Source of the DNA: Phoronis australis | Taxonomy: Eukaryota; Animalia; Phoronida | Assembly: GCA_002633005.1 (NCBI GenBank) | Contig: NMRA01000535.1 | Coordinates: forward strand, 154,848-195,896 | Direction: 5' to 3' | DNA length: 41,049 nt | Part shown: positions 38,486 to 41,049 of the stretch, piece after piece | Layout: the number at the start of each line of letters is the position of its first letter | Position numbering within the stretch: the stretch's first letter is position 1 | The notes under the pieces: model-generated | The model's database searches: none | What the model was told of the DNA's origin: nothing | The model's input: the letters and a program-made list of their open reading frames with translations, nothing else | Position numbers and translations under genes: made by a program

Positions 38486-38491
38486 AATAAA
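38486..38491 (+). promoter_or_regulatory. Candidate polyadenylation signal of the PUB-domain gene (second AATAAA at 38605-38610)
   Basis: First canonical AATAAA I find after the stop codon, about 120 nt downstream of the SECIS. Confidence 0.6.
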
Positions 38492-39447
38492 ACTAAATGC
38501 ATTTGATGAGTGCTGTTTACGGCGCAACAGCGTAAACCAGAAATTGTCGTCTTGTGATAAAACGTTAAATGTGCAGCTGTTGAGATCACATATAAATATA
38601 TTTCAATAAAAAACCATTCCAGCAACAGGTCACTTATTCTAAGACACAAAAATTAAGACAATGACTCAAATTCAATGCGGTTGTCAAGACAAAAATATGA
38701 AAGTGTGAAATCAATTTCGAAAATACCAAATGACTACTTTTTGATATCCAAAGGCAATTTTAAAATTTTTAAAAGCGAATCTGCCGACCCAAAAAAATTG
38801 TGATTTCAAATTCTTAACAGTAGTAACATACCATAAGCATGAAAACAATGACCACTTATAATTGCATCTAACAAATCATGAGACGGAAAATTACACAACA
38901 GTCATCAAGTGTACTTTTAGTAACCCTTGAAATTAGTGAATTTAACTGGTTAAGTCACCAGCCTTGAGCCAATGGAATATCTGACAGACAATGGCCAGAA
39001 TTGATGACTTGTAACAAAAATTGCAAAAGTAAATGGATTTTGTTGTTTTACAGCTCTTGTCAAAGCCAATAACTTCAATAAGTTTATCCCATCCGACAAT
39101 AATACCCAAAATGCATTTTCAGCTGCAAAAGCAATATTGTCTTTAAAAATTTAAGGGGCTATTTGTCCTTCAGGCTTGACATCTGAAAAAGTAGATACAC
39201 AATTCAGTCACTGCACGTATTTTTTCTTGAAAAGCAGAAGAAAGAAATTTGCAATAAATGCAGGTGCCTGTTTTTGATGGAAAACTTTAGAAATTTACTT
39301 TTATCAAATTAATGGTCATTTAAAAATTGGAGAAAGAACTTGCTGAAATGTAATTTGTAATGTTCAGAATGACATCTATAGGGTATGAGTGCGTAATAAG
39401 AACACAGTCATGGATCATGACGCATCGGACAGAGAAGCTTTTGGAGT

Positions 39448-40100
39448 TTAGTCCCCCTCTTCTGGATTGAAGTATTTGACTGTGTCAGTAAGCAGCTGGA
39501 TGTCTGAAGACTTCACTTTCTCTGAGCACATTGGACATGAGTCATCCGACTGAAGAAGGCTGTAAGGTATATAACACTGATTGTCATAACGTAAAAAACA
39601 TGTAACATTAAGCAAATTAGTCTTTCAGTTTAGTCTGAAACGAAATGTCAATGGATCGATATGGTTTAAAGCAGCCTGCCATCAGTTTTGAAAAATGAAT
39701 ACAACGAAAAAGAAACACCCAACTCTACATACTTGGCATGTGGAAAGCAAACATAAATAAGCTATCTTCAAACACCATTAAAGTCCAACACAGTGCAAAT
39801 AAGGCGAGACCAAAGTTTTTTATCTTCAAACTCTAATAAATAATTAAAAGTTAGCAGCAATCCATTTAATATTTGGTCCATGATGTTTAATACCATTGCA
39901 CAGTCACTGTATCTAAGAATCAAAATCAAGAGTTTAACCTCTTAATGTAAGTTTGGTGTTCTACTCCTATTTTACTTGATGCTTTTACTATTGAAATGAT
40001 ACGCCAGTTGTCACGTGTCTTACCTCAAGAACTCATTGTGTGAAGCTGGGAAATCACAGTTGGGACAAGCAGTGAAATCTTCCTTTGTTACGTGGCGCCC
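39448..40100 (-). CDS. WDR19: WD repeat-containing protein 19 / IFT144, last two coding exons (40100-40024, 39559-39448); rest of gene lies beyond the window
   Basis: The spliced translation GRHVTKEDFTACPNCDFPASHNEFLSLLQSDDSCPMCSEKVKSSDIQLLTDTVKYFNPEEGD* matches the WDR19 C-terminal zinc-binding region (GRH..K.D...CP.CDFPA...E........CPMCSE) as I recall it. The intron is GT-AG, phase 2. Confidence 0.88.
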
Positions 40101-40134
40101 CTAGCAAGTGGATTAGATGGAGCAATAATATTAT

Positions 40135-40478
40135 TAATATACAGGGTGTCATCAAAATGTAGTGATAATACTAGTAATATACAGGGTGTCACCAAAATGT
40201 AGCAATAATACTAGTAATATACAGGGTGTCACCAAAATGTAGCAATAATACTAGTAATATACAGGGTGTCATCAAAATGTAGTAATAATACTGATAATAT
40301 ACAGGGTGTCATCAAAATGTAGTAATAATACCAGTAATATACAGGGTGTCACCAAAATGTAGCAATAGTACCACAAATATACAGAGTGTCACCAAAATGA
40401 AACGAAAATACCAGTAATATACAGGGTGTCACCAAAATGTAGCGATAATACCAGTAATATACAGGGTGTCACCAAAAT
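40135..40478. repeat. 40-bp minisatellite (TAATATACAGGGTGTCACCAAAATGTAGCAATAATACTAG), about 8.5 copies
   Basis: Tandem units read directly, within a WDR19 intron. Confidence 0.95.
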
Positions 40479-40701
40479 AAACTTGCACTTTTAAAATTAG
40501 TACAGTTCAGATGGCGTGGATCAAACTACACATGCAGGCCTACTGCATAGTTACCCTATGCTGTAAAAGTGAATGCGTGAGCCATCACGAGGTCTGGATA
40601 TAGAAAAACGGCAAACAAACTACTCCTTATGAATTTCAACCAGTCATCTAATTCCAATTAAGTTAATAAAAAGGTAGTTTAAAGTATATTTTGGGACACC
40701 A

Positions 40702-40739
40702 ACGCACACGCACACGCACACACACACACACACACACAC
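40702..40739. repeat. (CACGCA)n/(CA)n microsatellite
   Basis: Read directly. Confidence 0.9.
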
Positions 40740-41049
40740 CTTAAGAGCCTCAATGAGGTAAAATGCTACATGTTGAAAATAATGAGTTTTTCTTTTCCAA
40801 TTCCGGCTGCACTCCATTTGTCCATCATGTTGTATATTGTGGAGTGTTGATAATATAGGACTGCTCTATTTCTACTCAGGTGTCACTACAGAATTATGCT
40901 ATTTATACAACATGTGAGCGTTTCAACGTATGAACATCATATAATAATTGCAAACTTCTTTCATATTTTCTAATGCTTACTTGCATTGTGAACTACTGTG
41001 GTCTCCAGTGAAGCAGAATTTGCCTTTGAAGATCCGTGGCTTATATATA

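Overview
AT-rich, intron-rich animal genomic DNA. It is probably a marine invertebrate, which is inferred from gene content and repeat style and is not provable here. Four spliced protein-coding genes were reconstructed by hand from GT-AG junctions. (1) FBXO8, an F-box plus Sec7-like protein (+, 5 coding exons, 268 aa). (2) A FAM47/FAM47E-like gene (-, 9 exons, 454 aa). (3) Head-to-head with it, a 9-exon gene (+) encoding an N-terminal PUB domain, a charged coiled coil and a Gly-rich tail. (4) The last two exons of WDR19/IFT144 (-). The main result is gene 3. Its final coding exon reads GGT GGA TGA GGT TAA, and its 3' UTR holds a well-formed eukaryotic SECIS-type hairpin at 38285-38364, upstream of the first AATAAA. 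This predicts a 209-aa soluble PUB-domain selenoprotein ending ...NKGGG-U-G. The tail resembles SELENOS/SELENOK, but there is no transmembrane helix, and I do not recognise the protein among the canonical selenoprotein families. Introns carry many minisatellites, truncated LINE fragments, tRNA-derived SINE heads and MITE-like elements.
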